From: an uncultured Pelagibacteraceae bacterium
GTDB taxonomy: Bacteria > Pseudomonadota > Alphaproteobacteria > Pelagibacterales > Pelagibacteraceae
Reading direction: 5' to 3'
NCBI GenBank assembly: GCA_902547535.1
Contig: CACCOB010000004.1
Span: 10,713 to 74,712 of the forward strand
Length of the DNA: 64,000 nucleotides
Position numbers and translations under genes: made by a program. This document shows, piece after piece, positions 1 through 12,087 of this stretch. Each line of letters begins with the position of its first letter. The first letter of the stretch is position 1. The notes beneath the pieces are model-generated. The model was not told where the DNA came from, did not search any database, and worked only from the letters and a program-made list of their open reading frames with translations.

Positions 1-276
1 TCTGGCACTTGGCTTGAACAAGTATTCTACATTCATTTTTTTTAAAATAGCGATATCTTTCCTAATATTTCTTGGATATTTTTTGAAATCATCTTTTTTG
101 TTAAATTGAGTAGGATTTACAAAAATACTTACAATAGTCTTACTTTTTTTATTTTGTGAAGCTTTTATTAAAGATTTATGACCGGCATGTATTCCACCCA
201 TTGTAGGCACAAATCCCACATTTTTATAGTCTTTAATCTCTTTATTTAAATCAAAAATACTTGTAATTATTTTCAT
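1..276 (-). CDS. panC: pantoate-beta-alanine ligase, N-terminal part (runs off window edge)
   Basis: Manual translation from ATG at 276: MKIITSIFDLNKEIKDYKNVGFVPTMGGIHAGHKSL; GFVPTMG plus HxGH motif. Not in the ORF track. Confidence 0.9.
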   Translation of the reverse strand, partial: MKIITSIFDLNKEIKDYKNVGFVPTMGGIHAGHKSLIKASQNKKSKTIVSIFVNPTQFNKKDDFKKYPRNIRKDIAILKKMNVEYLFKPSAR

Positions 277-310
277 TTTTTAAATATATATTTATAAATA
301 AATTATCTTT

Positions 311-1126
311 ATGATTAAACAAGCCATAATTCCACTCGCTGGTTTAGGGACAAGACTTTTGCCTTTAACAAGTGTTTTTGCTAAAGAACTTTTGCCAATA
401 AATGGAAAGCCCGGAATTGAATATATTCTAGATGAATGCATAGAAGCCGGTATTACAGAAATAATCTTTATTATTTCCAAAAAAAAAGAAATGATAAAGA
501 AATATTTTTACAATGACAATTTTTACAAATCATTAATTAAGAATAAAAAAGACCCACGTATAATAAAAGAATACAAAAAAATTTTAAAGTATAAAAAAAA
601 AATTAAATTTGTTTATCAAAATAAACCCTTAGGTACCGGCGATGCTGTATTAAAGACAAAAAAATTTATTAAAAATAAATTTTTTTTAATGCTCTTGCCA
701 GATGATTTAATCATGAAAAGAAATTGCTCGAAGGATATGATTAAACTACATAAAAAATATAATGCTTCTGTAATGGCCAGCATGACAGTTAAAAGAAATA
801 ATGTAAACAGATGGGGTATATACTCTTTATCAAAAAAGCTTAATAATCAGAATTTTGTGATTTCAGATGTAATTGAAAAACCTAATACTAAAGAAGCACC
901 ATCAAATAATGCTGTAATTGGAAGGTATATATTAAATAAGAATATATTTAAAATTCTTAAAAAACAAAAAAAAGGAAAAGGTGGCGAGATACATATCACT
1001 GACTCAATAAAAACAATGATTGATAATAAATCTTTGTTTATTGGTCACAAGTTTTTGGGAAAATATTTAGACTGTGGATCTATGAGCGGTTACATTAATT
1101 CAACTTTAGAAATTGCAAAATTATGA
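311..1126 (+). CDS. galU: UTP-glucose-1-phosphate uridylyltransferase
   Basis: IPLAGLGTRLLPLT..KELLP, PLGTGDAV, VIEKP motifs. Confidence 0.9.
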   Translation: MIKQAIIPLAGLGTRLLPLTSVFAKELLPINGKPGIEYILDECIEAGITEIIFIISKKKEMIKKYFYNDNFYKSLIKNKKDPRIIKEYKKILKYKKKIKFVYQNKPLGTGDAVLKTKKFIKNKFFLMLLPDDLIMKRNCSKDMIKLHKKYNASVMASMTVKRNNVNRWGIYSLSKKLNNQNFVISDVIEKPNTKEAPSNNAVIGRYILNKNIFKILKKQKKGKGGEIHITDSIKTMIDNKSLFIGHKFLGKYLDCGSMSGYINSTLEIAKL

Positions 1127-2418
1127 ATATATGTATGATAGGTTCAGGCTACGTTGGGTTGGTAAGTGGCACATGCTTTGCTGAACTTGGAAATAACGTA
1201 ACCTGTGTGGACAATAACACTAATAAAATATCCAATCTAAAAAATGGATTAATTCCAATTTATGAACCAGGTTTAGAAGAATTAATTACAAGAAATTTAA
1301 AACAAAAGAGACTTCAGTTTTCAATTAATGTGTCTGAAGCAATTAAAAAAGCAGATCTTATATTTATATGTGTTGGCACTCCCACCAAAAACAAATCTAA
1401 CGAAGCAGATTTAAAATATGTTTTTCAGGTTGTAAAACATATAAAAATGAATCTAAACAAATATAAAATAATAGTTACTAAATCTACAGTTCCAGTTACT
1501 ACTGGAGACAAAATTCAAAAATTATTAACAACAAAAAAAAATAATAAATTATTTGATGTTGTTTCAAATCCAGAATTTCTAAGGGAGGGTGAAGCTATCC
1601 GAGATTTCATGTTTCCTGATAGAGTTGTAGTTGGAACAAATAGTAAAAAAGCTAATAATATTTTAAAAAATTTATATTCACCAATTATTAAAAAAAAGGG
1701 TATATATTTCAACACGTCAAGACGTGCGGCTGAGGTTATCAAATATGCAGCTAATGCATTTTTAGCAACAAAAATCACATTTATAAATGAAATTTCAAAT
1801 TTATGTGAACAGCTTAACGTTGACGTTACAGATGTTTCAGTAGGAATTGGAACAGATGAGAGAATTGGAGCAAGGTTTTTAAGAGCAGGACCAGGTTATG
1901 GAGGCTCATGTTTTCCAAAAGACACACGTGCTTTAGTATCTACCTCAAAAAAATTTAAAACTAATCTATCTATTGTCAAATCAACAATTTATTCTAATGA
2001 CACTAGATACAAATATTTATTAACTAAAATTAAAAAAATATTAAATAATAAGTTAAAAAGTAAGAAAATTACTTTTCTAGGTGTTACTTTTAAGGCTGGT
2101 ACTGATGATATGAGAGATTCAGCATCTCTAAAATTAATCCCATACTTGATCAAAAAAGGTGCAAAAGTCTCATATTATGAACCAACTGGAATTAAAAAAG
2201 ATTTTGATAAAAAAAAAGTGGTTTATTATAATAATATCAAAGATGCATGCAAAAATAGTGATCTTTTAATTATTCATACAGAATGGAATGAATTCAAGCA
2301 GCTAAACTTTAATAAATTGAATAATAAGAAAAAATTTAAGATTTATGATTTAAGAAATTTATATTCACCTTCAAAAATGAAAAATAAAAATATCCAATAC
2401 TATAGTATAGGTAGATAA
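1123..2418 (+). CDS. ugd: UDP-glucose 6-dehydrogenase
   Basis: GSGYVGLV Rossmann motif, SNPEFLREG, GYGGSCFPKD catalytic Cys. Confidence 0.93.
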   Translation: MNICMIGSGYVGLVSGTCFAELGNNVTCVDNNTNKISNLKNGLIPIYEPGLEELITRNLKQKRLQFSINVSEAIKKADLIFICVGTPTKNKSNEADLKYVFQVVKHIKMNLNKYKIIVTKSTVPVTTGDKIQKLLTTKKNNKLFDVVSNPEFLREGEAIRDFMFPDRVVVGTNSKKANNILKNLYSPIIKKKGIYFNTSRRAAEVIKYAANAFLATKITFINEISNLCEQLNVDVTDVSVGIGTDERIGARFLRAGPGYGGSCFPKDTRALVSTSKKFKTNLSIVKSTIYSNDTRYKYLLTKIKKILNNKLKSKKITFLGVTFKAGTDDMRDSASLKLIPYLIKKGAKVSYYEPTGIKKDFDKKKVVYYNNIKDACKNSDLLIIHTEWNEFKQLNFNKLNNKKKFKIYDLRNLYSPSKMKNKNIQYYSIGR

Positions 2419-2880
2419 CTATTTAATTTCAAATATTGCGTCCACCTCAACTGCAACACCTAAAGGCAAACTATTAGTACTCACAGCAGCACGTGTATGT
2501 GTGCCATTATCTCCAAAGACATCTTTAATTAAATCTGATGCTCCATTAACTACTTTAGGTTGTTCTATAAAGTCATCAGTAGAATTAACAAAACCTGTTA
2601 ATTTAATACATGATTTAATTTTTGATAAATCATCCGAGCATGCTTTTTTTGCTTGTGCAATTATATTTAAAGCACATCTTTGTGCAGCTTTATATGCTTC
2701 CTCCGTATTAAAGTTTTTTCCAACTTTGCCTTTAATTAACTTTCCATTAGAATCGATTGATATTTGTCCTGAAATATAAAGTAAATTGCCAGAAATTTTA
2801 GTTGCAACATATGATCCAACTGGGTCAGTTGCTTTTGGTAAAGACAAACCTAATTCTTTTAATTTTTCATCAATATTCAT
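2419..2880 (-). CDS. RidA/YjgF family protein
   Basis: LYISGQ, GTHTRAAV, LPLGVAVEVDAIFE. Confidence 0.88.
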   Translation of the reverse strand: MNIDEKLKELGLSLPKATDPVGSYVATKISGNLLYISGQISIDSNGKLIKGKVGKNFNTEEAYKAAQRCALNIIAQAKKACSDDLSKIKSCIKLTGFVNSTDDFIEQPKVVNGASDLIKDVFGDNGTHTRAAVSTNSLPLGVAVEVDAIFEIK

Positions 2881-5438
2881 TATTTACCCTTTTTTTTCTT
2901 TTTATTCTTATCGTACTCTTTTCTTTTCTCAATTAAAATAAGTGCCTCTTCCATTGATAATTCAATAGGATCTTTCTCTTCAGGAATTGTGGCATTTAAT
3001 GATTTATATTTGATATATGGCCCATATTGACCTTTCATTATCCTAACTGGCTTTTTATCCTCAGGATGTTCTCCAAGGTCTTTAATTAATGAAGATGAAA
3101 TTCTCCCTGGCTTTGCTTCAGCGATTAAGGTTACAGCTCTATTTAATCCAATACTGAAGATTTCTTCTACGTTCTCCAAACGAGCTGATTTATTCTCACA
3201 TTTTAAATATGGACCAAATCTTCCAACATTGACTGTTATATCTTTATCATTTTCAGGATTTTTACCTAAGCTCAATGGCAATGAACACAAATATTTTGCT
3301 CTCTCTAAATCTATACTTTTTATATCAATCCCTTTTGGTATTGAGACATTTTTCATGTTATTTTCCTCTTTTTTTAATTTTCTTTTTTTCTTTTTTGTTT
3401 CCTCTTCCTCTTTTTCTTTTTCGTATTGCAAATAAGGGCCAAATCTTCCATTTTTTAAATATATATCTTTACCATGATCATTTTGACCAATTAGCTTTGG
3501 TTCTGCCAATGTTAATTGCTGAGCAGCCTTAGATTTAGATAGAGGTCTGGTAAATTTACATTCAGGATAATTTGAGCATCCAATAAATGCACCACCTCTG
3601 AAACTATTTTTTAAGCTTAATTGACCACTATCACAAAGTCTACATTTTCTATTTATATTTCCATCTTTATCTACTTCAAAAATTAATGATCCCAGACTTT
3701 CATTAAGTAAGTCTAGAACTTCTCTTGTTCTTTTTTCCTTAACATCTGTTACATTTAAATTAAAGTCTCTCCAAAATTCCTCTAAAACCTTAATCCAATT
3801 CTCTTTACCCGTTGTTATGTCATCTAATTGATCTTCTAATTTTGCAGTAAAATCATAATCAACATATTTTGAAAATAATTTTTCTAAGAACGCAGATAGC
3901 AATTTTCCTCTATCTGTTGGAAAAAATCTTTTATTTTCTATATCAGCATATCCTCTGTTTGAAATAACAGATATGATACTAGCATAAGTAGACGGTCTAC
4001 CAATTCCTAATTCTTCAAGTTTTTTAACAAGACTAGCTTCAGAATATCTTGGTGGGGGTTGAGTAAAGTGTTGTTCATCATTGAAATCTTTATAAGATAC
4101 TTCTCCTTTACTTACATCTGGTAAAATATTTTCTTCATCTTTATTTCCATCTAAATTTGAAACTTTTAAAAAACCATCAAACTTTAAAGTGGAGCCACTT
4201 GCTTTAAATATATTTTTTTCATCATCAGATGAGATAGTTATAGTTTTTCTATCAAATTTTGCAGACTCCATTTGTGAGGACAGGGATCTTGACCAAATTA
4301 AATTATACAATTTATATTGATCTGTACTTAGATATTTTTTCATATCATCTGGAACTCTACTTATCTCTGTTGGCCTAATTGCTTCATGGGCCTCTTGAGC
4401 ATTTTTTGCTTTTTTTCCTGAATAATTTAATGGTGATGGTGGCAAATAATCATTTCCGTAGTTCTGAGTAATGAAATCTCTAAATGAGGTAACAGCATCC
4501 TTTGAGATATTTGTACCATCCGTTCTCATATATGTAATTAAACCAACTGTTTCACCATCTATATCTATACCTTGATACAATCTTTGTGCAATTTGCATTG
4601 TTCTTGATGCCCCAAACCCTAATTTACTAGATGAAGTTTGTTGTAAAGTTGAAGTAGTAAATGGACCAGATGGGTTTCGAGTGTATGTTTTAGAAGTTAT
4701 ATCACTAATTTTATATTTTTTGTTTTTTATTAATTCTACTCCTGAATTAACTTCCGCTTTATTTTTAAATGAAAACTTTTCAATTTTTTTTCCATCAAGT
4801 TGATTAATATTTGTATTTATTATTAAATTATCTTTTGTTAAAAAATTTACATTTAGTGTCCAAAACTCTTTAGGTTGAAATACCTCTATTTCATGCTCTC
4901 TCTCTGTAAGCAATCTAAGTGCTACAGACTGAACTCTTCCTGCGGATTTTGATCCAGGTAGCTTTGTCCATAAAATAGGTGATATATTAAAACCTACTAG
5001 ATAATCTAAAGCACGTCTTGCCATGTAAGCATCAACAAGTTCATTCTCAATATTTCTAGGATTATCTATCCCATTTGTTACAGCTTTTTTAGTGATTTCG
5101 TTGAAGACAACTCTTTCAACTTTTTTGTCTTTCAGAAGTTTTTTTTCATCTAAAAATTCTTTTACATGCCACGCTATTGCTTCACCCTCACGATCAGGAT
5201 CTGTAGCAAGTATAATTTTGTCTGAATTTTTGGCTGTATCAGTTATTTCTTTTAAATATTTTTTAGAAAAACTGTCAACTTCCCAAATCATCTTAAAGGA
5301 ATTTTCTGGATCAACCGAACCATTCTTTGATGGTAAATCTCTGATGTGACCATAGCTAGCTAAAACTGTGTAATCTGCACCAAGATATTTATTTATAGTT
5401 TTAGCTTTTGCAGGACTTTCAACAATTACAAGATTCAT
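2880..5438 (-). CDS. topA: DNA topoisomerase I
   Basis: LVIVESPAKAKTI, ATDPDREGEAI, SAGRVQS, ITYMRTD; C-terminal GxxGPY repeats. Confidence 0.97.
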   Translation of the reverse strand: MNLVIVESPAKAKTINKYLGADYTVLASYGHIRDLPSKNGSVDPENSFKMIWEVDSFSKKYLKEITDTAKNSDKIILATDPDREGEAIAWHVKEFLDEKKLLKDKKVERVVFNEITKKAVTNGIDNPRNIENELVDAYMARRALDYLVGFNISPILWTKLPGSKSAGRVQSVALRLLTEREHEIEVFQPKEFWTLNVNFLTKDNLIINTNINQLDGKKIEKFSFKNKAEVNSGVELIKNKKYKISDITSKTYTRNPSGPFTTSTLQQTSSSKLGFGASRTMQIAQRLYQGIDIDGETVGLITYMRTDGTNISKDAVTSFRDFITQNYGNDYLPPSPLNYSGKKAKNAQEAHEAIRPTEISRVPDDMKKYLSTDQYKLYNLIWSRSLSSQMESAKFDRKTITISSDDEKNIFKASGSTLKFDGFLKVSNLDGNKDEENILPDVSKGEVSYKDFNDEQHFTQPPPRYSEASLVKKLEELGIGRPSTYASIISVISNRGYADIENKRFFPTDRGKLLSAFLEKLFSKYVDYDFTAKLEDQLDDITTGKENWIKVLEEFWRDFNLNVTDVKEKRTREVLDLLNESLGSLIFEVDKDGNINRKCRLCDSGQLSLKNSFRGGAFIGCSNYPECKFTRPLSKSKAAQQLTLAEPKLIGQNDHGKDIYLKNGRFGPYLQYEKEKEEEETKKKKRKLKKEENNMKNVSIPKGIDIKSIDLERAKYLCSLPLSLGKNPENDKDITVNVGRFGPYLKCENKSARLENVEEIFSIGLNRAVTLIAEAKPGRISSSLIKDLGEHPEDKKPVRIMKGQYGPYIKYKSLNATIPEEKDPIELSMEEALILIEKRKEYDKNKKKKKGK

Positions 5439-5475
5439 TATTGTTGAAACTACTTATAACTACTTAACTGTCAAA

Positions 5476-6051
5476 TTAATAAATTTTACTCTTTGTTTCT
5501 TCTTTGTTTATTAATCTTTTTATATTTTCTCTATGTGTATAAAAAATTAATACAAACATAATGGTAAAAAAAATAAAATTACCATTACCTAAAATTAATA
5601 TGTAAATTGGTATTGAGATTGATGCAATTAAGGAAGATAGGGAAGAATATTTAGATATAATAAAGGTTAAAACCCAAATAATCCCAAATATTAATGCATA
5701 ATATATATTTATTGAAATTAGTATTCCCACAAATGTTGCAACACCCTTACCTCCATCAAATTTTAACCAAACTGGAAATAAATGACCTAAAAAAGCACAA
5801 AGTGCTGAAATAAAAATTAAATCAGGATAATAAAGCTTTACATAAATAACAGGTATAACAGCTTTTAAAATATCTAGTATAAGGGTTAAATATCCTAATC
5901 TTTTATTTCCTGTTCTTAAAACATTTGTTGCTCCTATATTTCCAGACCCCACATCTCTTATATCTTTTTTAAGAAATATTTTTGTAAATATGTATCCAAA
6001 AGGAATTGAGCCAAATAAATAAGATATTAAAGCTGTAATTATATAATCCAT
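5476..6051 (-). CDS. plsY: glycerol-3-phosphate acyltransferase PlsY
   Basis: YLFGSIPFG, GSGNIGATN, GGKGVAT, HRENIKRL. Confidence 0.95.
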   Translation of the reverse strand: MDYIITALISYLFGSIPFGYIFTKIFLKKDIRDVGSGNIGATNVLRTGNKRLGYLTLILDILKAVIPVIYVKLYYPDLIFISALCAFLGHLFPVWLKFDGGKGVATFVGILISINIYYALIFGIIWVLTFIISKYSSLSSLIASISIPIYILILGNGNFIFFTIMFVLIFYTHRENIKRLINKEETKSKIY

Positions 6052-7340
6052 TATTCAGCTTTAAATAATTCCTCTCCATTAACAAAAGTATTCATTACTT
6101 TACCTTGCAATTTTTTATCTTCTATTGGAGTATTTTTTGATTTTGATATTAATTTTTCTTTTCTCACTACCCATGGTTTGTTTATGTCTACAATACAAAA
6201 GTCAGCATCATTACCTATTGATAAATTACCTTTGTTAATTTTAAGTATTTTTGCAGGACTAGATGTTAAAGCCTTTATAATAGTTTCTAAATTTACTGAT
6301 CCATTGTGATATAACTCTAAACTTAAAGGTAATAAAGTTTCAATACCTGATGCACCAGTTTCTGCTTGTGCAAAAGTTAATCTTTTATTTTCCTCGTCTT
6401 CAGGTTTATGATCTGATACTATTACATCAATTGTTTCATCAACCAACCCTTGAACTAGAGCATTCCTATCATCTTCGGTTCTTAAAGGTGGAGACAACTT
6501 TAAAAATGTTTTAAAATCACCAATATCATTTTCGTTTAAAGATAAATTATTAATTGAAACACCGCAGCTAAAATTAACTTTTTTCTTTCTTTTTCTAATT
6601 ATTTCAACTGAACTCGCTGATGAAATTTGAGATATATGATATCTGCAATTGTTATACTCTAATAAAGTTAAATCTCTTTCTAAGATTAACAATTCTGCAC
6701 TTACAGGAATTCCCTGCAAACCAAGTTTTGTAGCAATTATCCCATCATTAATCATTCCATCTTTTGATAACTCTGCATCTTCTGCATGTTGTATAATTAA
6801 AGAATTTAAATCTGAGGCTGAATTGATAATTCTATTCATTATTCTTGGGTTTTGAATAGTTTTAATTCCATCTGTAAATCCAACAATCCCTTTTCCTTGC
6901 AATAACCCAAATTCAGTCATGTTCTCTCCCTCTGTATTTACAGTTAATGCAGCAGTTGGAAAAATATTTATTTTAGATTTATCTCTTCCTCTTCTTCTAA
7001 GAAAATCAACAATCGAAACATTATCAATCACTGGATTTGTGTTAGGCATTGTTACAACGGATGTCACTCCACCTGATAAAGCAGCTTCGCTTAATGTTCT
7101 AAAATTTTCTTTATATTCGAAACCAGGCTCACCAACAAATACACGCATATCTACCAAACCAGGGAATATATGCTTACCTTTTAAATCGATTACTTTTTCT
7201 CGAGATGGAATATTATTAGTATTTACTTTTTTACCAACACCTTCAATTTTTCCATTTTCGTCAATTATTAATCCACCTGTCTCATTTAATGAATTATACG
7301 GATCAATTATATTTGCATTTATAAAGTATTTTTTTTTCAT
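6051..7340 (-). CDS. pyrC: dihydroorotase (alphaproteobacterial PyrC-like; usual HxH metal motif reads DMRV)
   Basis: PGLVDMRVF, GGVTSVVTMPNT, KLSPPLR, SDHKP; adjacent to pyrB. Confidence 0.85.
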   Translation of the reverse strand: MKKKYFINANIIDPYNSLNETGGLIIDENGKIEGVGKKVNTNNIPSREKVIDLKGKHIFPGLVDMRVFVGEPGFEYKENFRTLSEAALSGGVTSVVTMPNTNPVIDNVSIVDFLRRRGRDKSKINIFPTAALTVNTEGENMTEFGLLQGKGIVGFTDGIKTIQNPRIMNRIINSASDLNSLIIQHAEDAELSKDGMINDGIIATKLGLQGIPVSAELLILERDLTLLEYNNCRYHISQISSASSVEIIRKRKKKVNFSCGVSINNLSLNENDIGDFKTFLKLSPPLRTEDDRNALVQGLVDETIDVIVSDHKPEDEENKRLTFAQAETGASGIETLLPLSLELYHNGSVNLETIIKALTSSPAKILKINKGNLSIGNDADFCIVDINKPWVVRKEKLISKSKNTPIEDKKLQGKVMNTFVNGEELFKAE

Positions 7341-8282
7341 TTATTCACAAAATATCTTTAAGCAAGCCATTCTTACTGCTACTCCTAATTCAACTTGTTC
7401 TTTAATTACACTTTTATTAATATCGTCTGCTAAGTTTGTATCAATTTCAATTCCTCTGTTCATTGGACCCGGGTGCATTATAAGCGCATCTTCTTTAGCA
7501 AATTTTATTTTGTCTGGTGTTAAACCGTAATATTCATAGTATTCTCTGTTAGAAGATAGAAAAGAACTTGTCATTCTTTCATTCTGAAGTCTTAACATCA
7601 TCACTATGTCACAATCTTTAACCCCTTTTTTCATATCTGAAAAAATATTGACACCAAATCTTTCTATTTCATTTGGCATAAGATTAGTTGGAGCTACTAT
7701 ATTTACTTCAGCACCTAACATGTTTAGTAAATAAATATTTGATCTTGCTACTCTTGAATGAAGAATATCTCCACATATAGCTATTTTAAGACCTTCTATT
7801 TTTTTTCTTCTATTTATTATAGTTAACGCATCTAGTAGAGCTTGAGTAGGGTGTTCTCTTCGTCCATCTCCTGCATTTAGAACTGCACAATTAACTTTTT
7901 GAGATAACAAATTACAAGCACCAGAATCTTGATGCCTTATAACGATGATATCTGGATGCATTGCATTTAATGTCATTGCTGTATCTATTAGAGTTTCACC
8001 TTTTTTTATAGCAGAGTTTGTAATATTCATTGACATTACATCTGCACCTAATCTTTTTCCTGCTAATTCAAAAGAACTTTGAGTCCTGGTCGAAGGTTCA
8101 AAAAATAAATTTATTTGCGTTTTACCTTTTAAAATATCAAGCTTTTTGTTTTTGCTTTTGTTTAACTCAATGAATTTTGAGGCTTCATTCAAAATTATAT
8201 TTACATCATTGACTGATAAGTCTTGAATACCTAACAAATGTTTTTGAGAAATTTTAATAGCTTTTTTAGATTTAATTGCCAT
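7341..8282 (-). CDS. pyrB: aspartate carbamoyltransferase catalytic subunit
   Basis: [30 protein letters not shown]. Confidence 0.97.
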   Translation of the reverse strand: MAIKSKKAIKISQKHLLGIQDLSVNDVNIILNEASKFIELNKSKNKKLDILKGKTQINLFFEPSTRTQSSFELAGKRLGADVMSMNITNSAIKKGETLIDTAMTLNAMHPDIIVIRHQDSGACNLLSQKVNCAVLNAGDGRREHPTQALLDALTIINRRKKIEGLKIAICGDILHSRVARSNIYLLNMLGAEVNIVAPTNLMPNEIERFGVNIFSDMKKGVKDCDIVMMLRLQNERMTSSFLSSNREYYEYYGLTPDKIKFAKEDALIMHPGPMNRGIEIDTNLADDINKSVIKEQVELGVAVRMACLKIFCE

Positions 8283-8324
8283 TAAAATTAACTCTATAAC
8301 TATATAGAGTTAACTATGCAAGCA

Positions 8325-8780
8325 TTAATTCTGTAAATAATCTAGGGCTCCTTGTAAAATAAATGCTGCAGCAAATTTATCTATATCTTTCTCTCTTTTG
8401 CTAACGTTTATATCTAATTCACTGGACAAATTAAAAGCTCCAACTGTAGATAATCTTTCATCCCATAGACAAACAGGAATGTTAATTTTATCTGCAAGAT
8501 TGATTGCTATGTCTTTAGCTGCTTGTGATGATTTTCCATATGAACCATCCATATTTATTGGATTCCCAACTATTATGCCTTTGACATCGTTCTCCTTAAT
8601 TATACTCTTAATATCTTCAATTAATTTAGAAGACTTTATTTTTTCTAAAGTTTTATAAGGTGTAGCAATTTTTTGATTGCCATCGCTTATTGCAATTCCA
8701 ATCCTTTTTGAACCCAAATCTATACCTATAATTCTTGATCCATCTGATACTTTTGATTTGAATTCATTAATTGTGATCAT
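8325..8780 (-). CDS. ruvX: YqgF/RuvX family pre-16S rRNA nuclease
   Basis: GIDLGSKRIGIAISD, DERLST, IDKFAAAFILQ. Confidence 0.92.
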   Translation of the reverse strand: MITINEFKSKVSDGSRIIGIDLGSKRIGIAISDGNQKIATPYKTLEKIKSSKLIEDIKSIIKENDVKGIIVGNPINMDGSYGKSSQAAKDIAINLADKINIPVCLWDERLSTVGAFNLSSELDINVSKREKDIDKFAAAFILQGALDYLQN

Positions 8781-8830
8781 ATTGTATATTTTTAACTTAA
8801 GTGGTAGTTTGCGACAATATTTTTTACCAT

Positions 8831-9118
8831 ATGACTATAGATCTTAAAACTGTAAAACACATATCAAAATTAGCTAGAATCTCACTAGATGAGAAAAAAG
8901 CAGAAAAACTAGCAACTGATATGAATTCAATATTTGAATTTATTGAAAAATTAAATGAATTAAATACAGATAATGTTGAACCATTAACTTCTATAGCTGA
9001 AACAACGTTAAGATTTAGAGATGATAAAATAACTAGTGAAAATATAAGAGAAAAAATATTAAAAAATTCACCAGAAAAAAATGATGATTTTTTTGTTGTA
9101 CCGAAAGTTGTTGAGTAA
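8831..9118 (+). CDS. gatC: Asp/Glu-tRNA amidotransferase subunit C
   Basis: VKHISKLARI..FFVVPKVVE; start moved to ATG 8831. Confidence 0.92.
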   Translation: MTIDLKTVKHISKLARISLDEKKAEKLATDMNSIFEFIEKLNELNTDNVEPLTSIAETTLRFRDDKITSENIREKILKNSPEKNDDFFVVPKVVE

Positions 9119-10575
9119 TGTCTGAAATAACATCTTTAACACTTTATGAATTAATTAAAAATATTAAAGAGAAAAAAATATCTTCAAATGAAGCTGCAAA
9201 ATCTTTTGTTGATAGAGCTGAAAAGTCAAAAAAAATAAATGTATATGTAACTGAAAATTTTGAAAATTGTCTTAAACTTTCAAAAGAGTTTGATGATAAA
9301 CCAAATTTTGATTTAAAACTTCCAGGCATTCCAATTGCTGTAAAAGATCTCTTTTGCACAAATGAAGTAAGAACAACAGCTGGAAGCAATATCTTAAATA
9401 ATTTTGTACCAACCTATGAATCTACTGTAACACAAAATATATGGAACGAAGGAGGCATATTGCTTGGCAAACTTAATTGTGATGAATTTGCAATGGGATC
9501 ATCTAATGAAACAAGTTTTTTTGGCAATGTTCAAAACCCAATCGCAGAAGATTTAGTTCCTGGTGGATCATCTGGTGGTTCTTCAGCGGCTTTAGCAGCT
9601 AATTTAACACCTGTAACAATAGGTACTGACACTGGTGGATCTATTAGGCAACCTGCCTCCTTCACTGGTACAGTAGGACTAAAACCTACTTATGGCAGTT
9701 GTTCAAGATATGGAATTGTTGCTTTTGCATCATCTCTAGATCAAGCAGGTCCAATGAGCAAAGATGTCAAAGATAGCTCAATTCTTTTAGAGGTGATCTC
9801 ATCATTTGATAAAAAAGACTCAACCTCAATTGATTTTAAAAGAAATAATTATTCATCAGAGTTAACTAGAAATATTAAAGGTTTAAAAATTGGTATTCCA
9901 AAAGAATATAGAGTTGATGAGATGCCAGACGAAATTGAGAAACTTTGGAAAAAAGGTATTGAGTATGCAAAAGATTGTGGAGCAGAAATAATTGACATTT
10001 CATTACCTCATACTAGCTATGCTTTACCAACTTATTATATTGTAGCACCAGCTGAAGCATCATCTAATTTAGCAAGATATGATGGTATTAAATATGGTCT
10101 AAGATCTTCCGGGAAAAATTTAATTGATATGTATGAAAAAACTAGATCAGAGGGATTTGGTGAAGAAGTAAAGAGAAGGGTAATGATTGGCACCTATGTT
10201 TTATCTTCTGGATATTATGATGCTTACTATCTTAAAGCTCAAAAAGTTAGACAATTAATTAAACAAGATTTTGACCAAGCTTATAATAAAGTAGATGCTA
10301 TTTTGACACCTTCAACACCTAGTTCTGCATTTAAAATAGGAGAAAAATCTAATGATCCAGTTTCAATGTATTTAAATGATATATTTACTGTTCCAGTAAA
10401 CCTTGCAGGTTTACCTGGGATTTCAATACCTGCAGGTGTAGATAAAAATAATTATCCATTGGGTTTACAAATAATAGGTAAACCGTTTGATGAACAAACA
10501 GTTTTAAATATTGCTTATTCAATGGAGGAAAAAATCAATTATAAAAATAATATAACTGATTGGTGGATGAAATAA
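9118..10575 (+). CDS. gatA: Asp/Glu-tRNA amidotransferase subunit A
   Basis: Amidase signature [28 protein letters not shown]. Confidence 0.97.
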   Translation: MSEITSLTLYELIKNIKEKKISSNEAAKSFVDRAEKSKKINVYVTENFENCLKLSKEFDDKPNFDLKLPGIPIAVKDLFCTNEVRTTAGSNILNNFVPTYESTVTQNIWNEGGILLGKLNCDEFAMGSSNETSFFGNVQNPIAEDLVPGGSSGGSSAALAANLTPVTIGTDTGGSIRQPASFTGTVGLKPTYGSCSRYGIVAFASSLDQAGPMSKDVKDSSILLEVISSFDKKDSTSIDFKRNNYSSELTRNIKGLKIGIPKEYRVDEMPDEIEKLWKKGIEYAKDCGAEIIDISLPHTSYALPTYYIVAPAEASSNLARYDGIKYGLRSSGKNLIDMYEKTRSEGFGEEVKRRVMIGTYVLSSGYYDAYYLKAQKVRQLIKQDFDQAYNKVDAILTPSTPSSAFKIGEKSNDPVSMYLNDIFTVPVNLAGLPGISIPAGVDKNNYPLGLQIIGKPFDEQTVLNIAYSMEEKINYKNNITDWWMK

Positions 10576-12050
10576 TGTCTAAAAATAATTCGGAATATTT
10601 AATTGAAAGAAATGATAATGTTTATGAAGTTGTTATAGGACTTGAAGTTCATGCTCAAGTAACATCAAATTCAAAACTTTTTTCATCTTCTTCTACAAAA
10701 TTTGGTGCTGAACCTAATACTCAAGTAAGCTTAGTTGATGCAGCTTTTCCAGGTATGCTTCCAGTAATTAATGAATTTTGTGTTAAACAAGCTATAAAAA
10801 CTGGTATTGGTTTAAAAGCTAAGATCAATAATAAGTCTGTTTTTGATAGAAAGAATTATTTTTATGCTGATTTACCTCAGGGCTATCAAATTTCACAATA
10901 TAAATACCCAATCGTGGGTGAGGGTAATGTTATTTTGGATATGCCTGAAGGTCAAAAACAGGTTGGAATAGAAAGATTACATTTAGAGCAGGATGCAGGT
11001 AAAAGTATTCATGATATTGATCCTAGTAATACACTAGTTGATCTTAATAGATCAGGTGTAGCTTTAATGGAGATTGTTAGTAAGCCTGATCTAAGATCAC
11101 CAGATGAAGTGAATGCTTATATAAAAAAACTTAGATCTATTATGAGATATTTAGGAACTTGCGATGGGAACATGCAAGAGGGATCATTAAGAGCTGACGT
11201 TAATGTGTCTGTAAGAATAAAAGGCGCAACAGATTTAGGAACAAGATGTGAAATAAAAAATGTTAATTCTATCAAATTCATGCAAATGGCAATTATTTAT
11301 GAAGCAAATAGACAAGTCGATTTAATAGAAGAAGGTCAAGAAATAGATCAAGAAACAAGGCTTTTTGATACAAAAAAAAATGAAACAAGATCAATGAGGT
11401 CGAAAGAAGATGCTCATGATTATAGATACTTTCCAGATCCAGATTTACTTCCATTAGAAGTTACGGATGAATTTATTGATAAACTAAAATCTGAAATCCC
11501 TGAATTACCAGATGATAAAAAGAAAAGATTTATTGATGAATTTAAAGTGTCACCTTATGATGCAACAATATTGGTCTCTGATATCGATACAGCTAAATAT
11601 TTTGAAGAAGTTGTTGCCAAAATGGGTAAAAACCGTGATATGAAACTAGCCGTAAATTGGATTACAGGAGAGTTATTTGCAGTTTTAAATAAAAAAAATA
11701 TTGAAATTGCTCAAAGTCCAATAAGCGCAAAAAATTTGGCGAAATTGATTAATTTAATTAAAAATGGAACAATCTCAGGAAAAATTGCTAAGACAATATT
11801 TGAGTTAATGTTAGATGGTGACATAGACCCTCAAATAATTGTTGAGGAAAAAGGGTTGAAGCAAGAAAGTGATCCAAAAGCATTAGAGGCATTAATAGAT
11901 AAAATTATCAATGATAACAGAGAAAAAGCCATTGAGTATAAACAAGGAAAAGAAAAGCTATTTGGCTTCTTTGTTGGACAGGCAATGAAAGCTTCTGGTG
12001 GAAAAGCTAACCCTCAATTAATTAATGAAATATTAAAGAAGAAACTTTAA
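10575..12050 (+). CDS. gatB: Asp/Glu-tRNA amidotransferase subunit B
   Basis: [36 protein letters not shown]; ATG overlaps gatA stop. Confidence 0.97.
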   Translation: MSKNNSEYLIERNDNVYEVVIGLEVHAQVTSNSKLFSSSSTKFGAEPNTQVSLVDAAFPGMLPVINEFCVKQAIKTGIGLKAKINNKSVFDRKNYFYADLPQGYQISQYKYPIVGEGNVILDMPEGQKQVGIERLHLEQDAGKSIHDIDPSNTLVDLNRSGVALMEIVSKPDLRSPDEVNAYIKKLRSIMRYLGTCDGNMQEGSLRADVNVSVRIKGATDLGTRCEIKNVNSIKFMQMAIIYEANRQVDLIEEGQEIDQETRLFDTKKNETRSMRSKEDAHDYRYFPDPDLLPLEVTDEFIDKLKSEIPELPDDKKKRFIDEFKVSPYDATILVSDIDTAKYFEEVVAKMGKNRDMKLAVNWITGELFAVLNKKNIEIAQSPISAKNLAKLINLIKNGTISGKIAKTIFELMLDGDIDPQIIVEEKGLKQESDPKALEALIDKIINDNREKAIEYKQGKEKLFGFFVGQAMKASGGKANPQLINEILKKKL

Positions 12051-12087
12051 TTTAACTAAACCTATAGTCATTATATAATTAAGGTAG

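Noticed and set aside
6919-7530. 203-aa antisense ORF and the many other short shadow ORFs in the track
   Set aside because: They overlap well-supported genes, mostly antisense, and show no recognisable motifs
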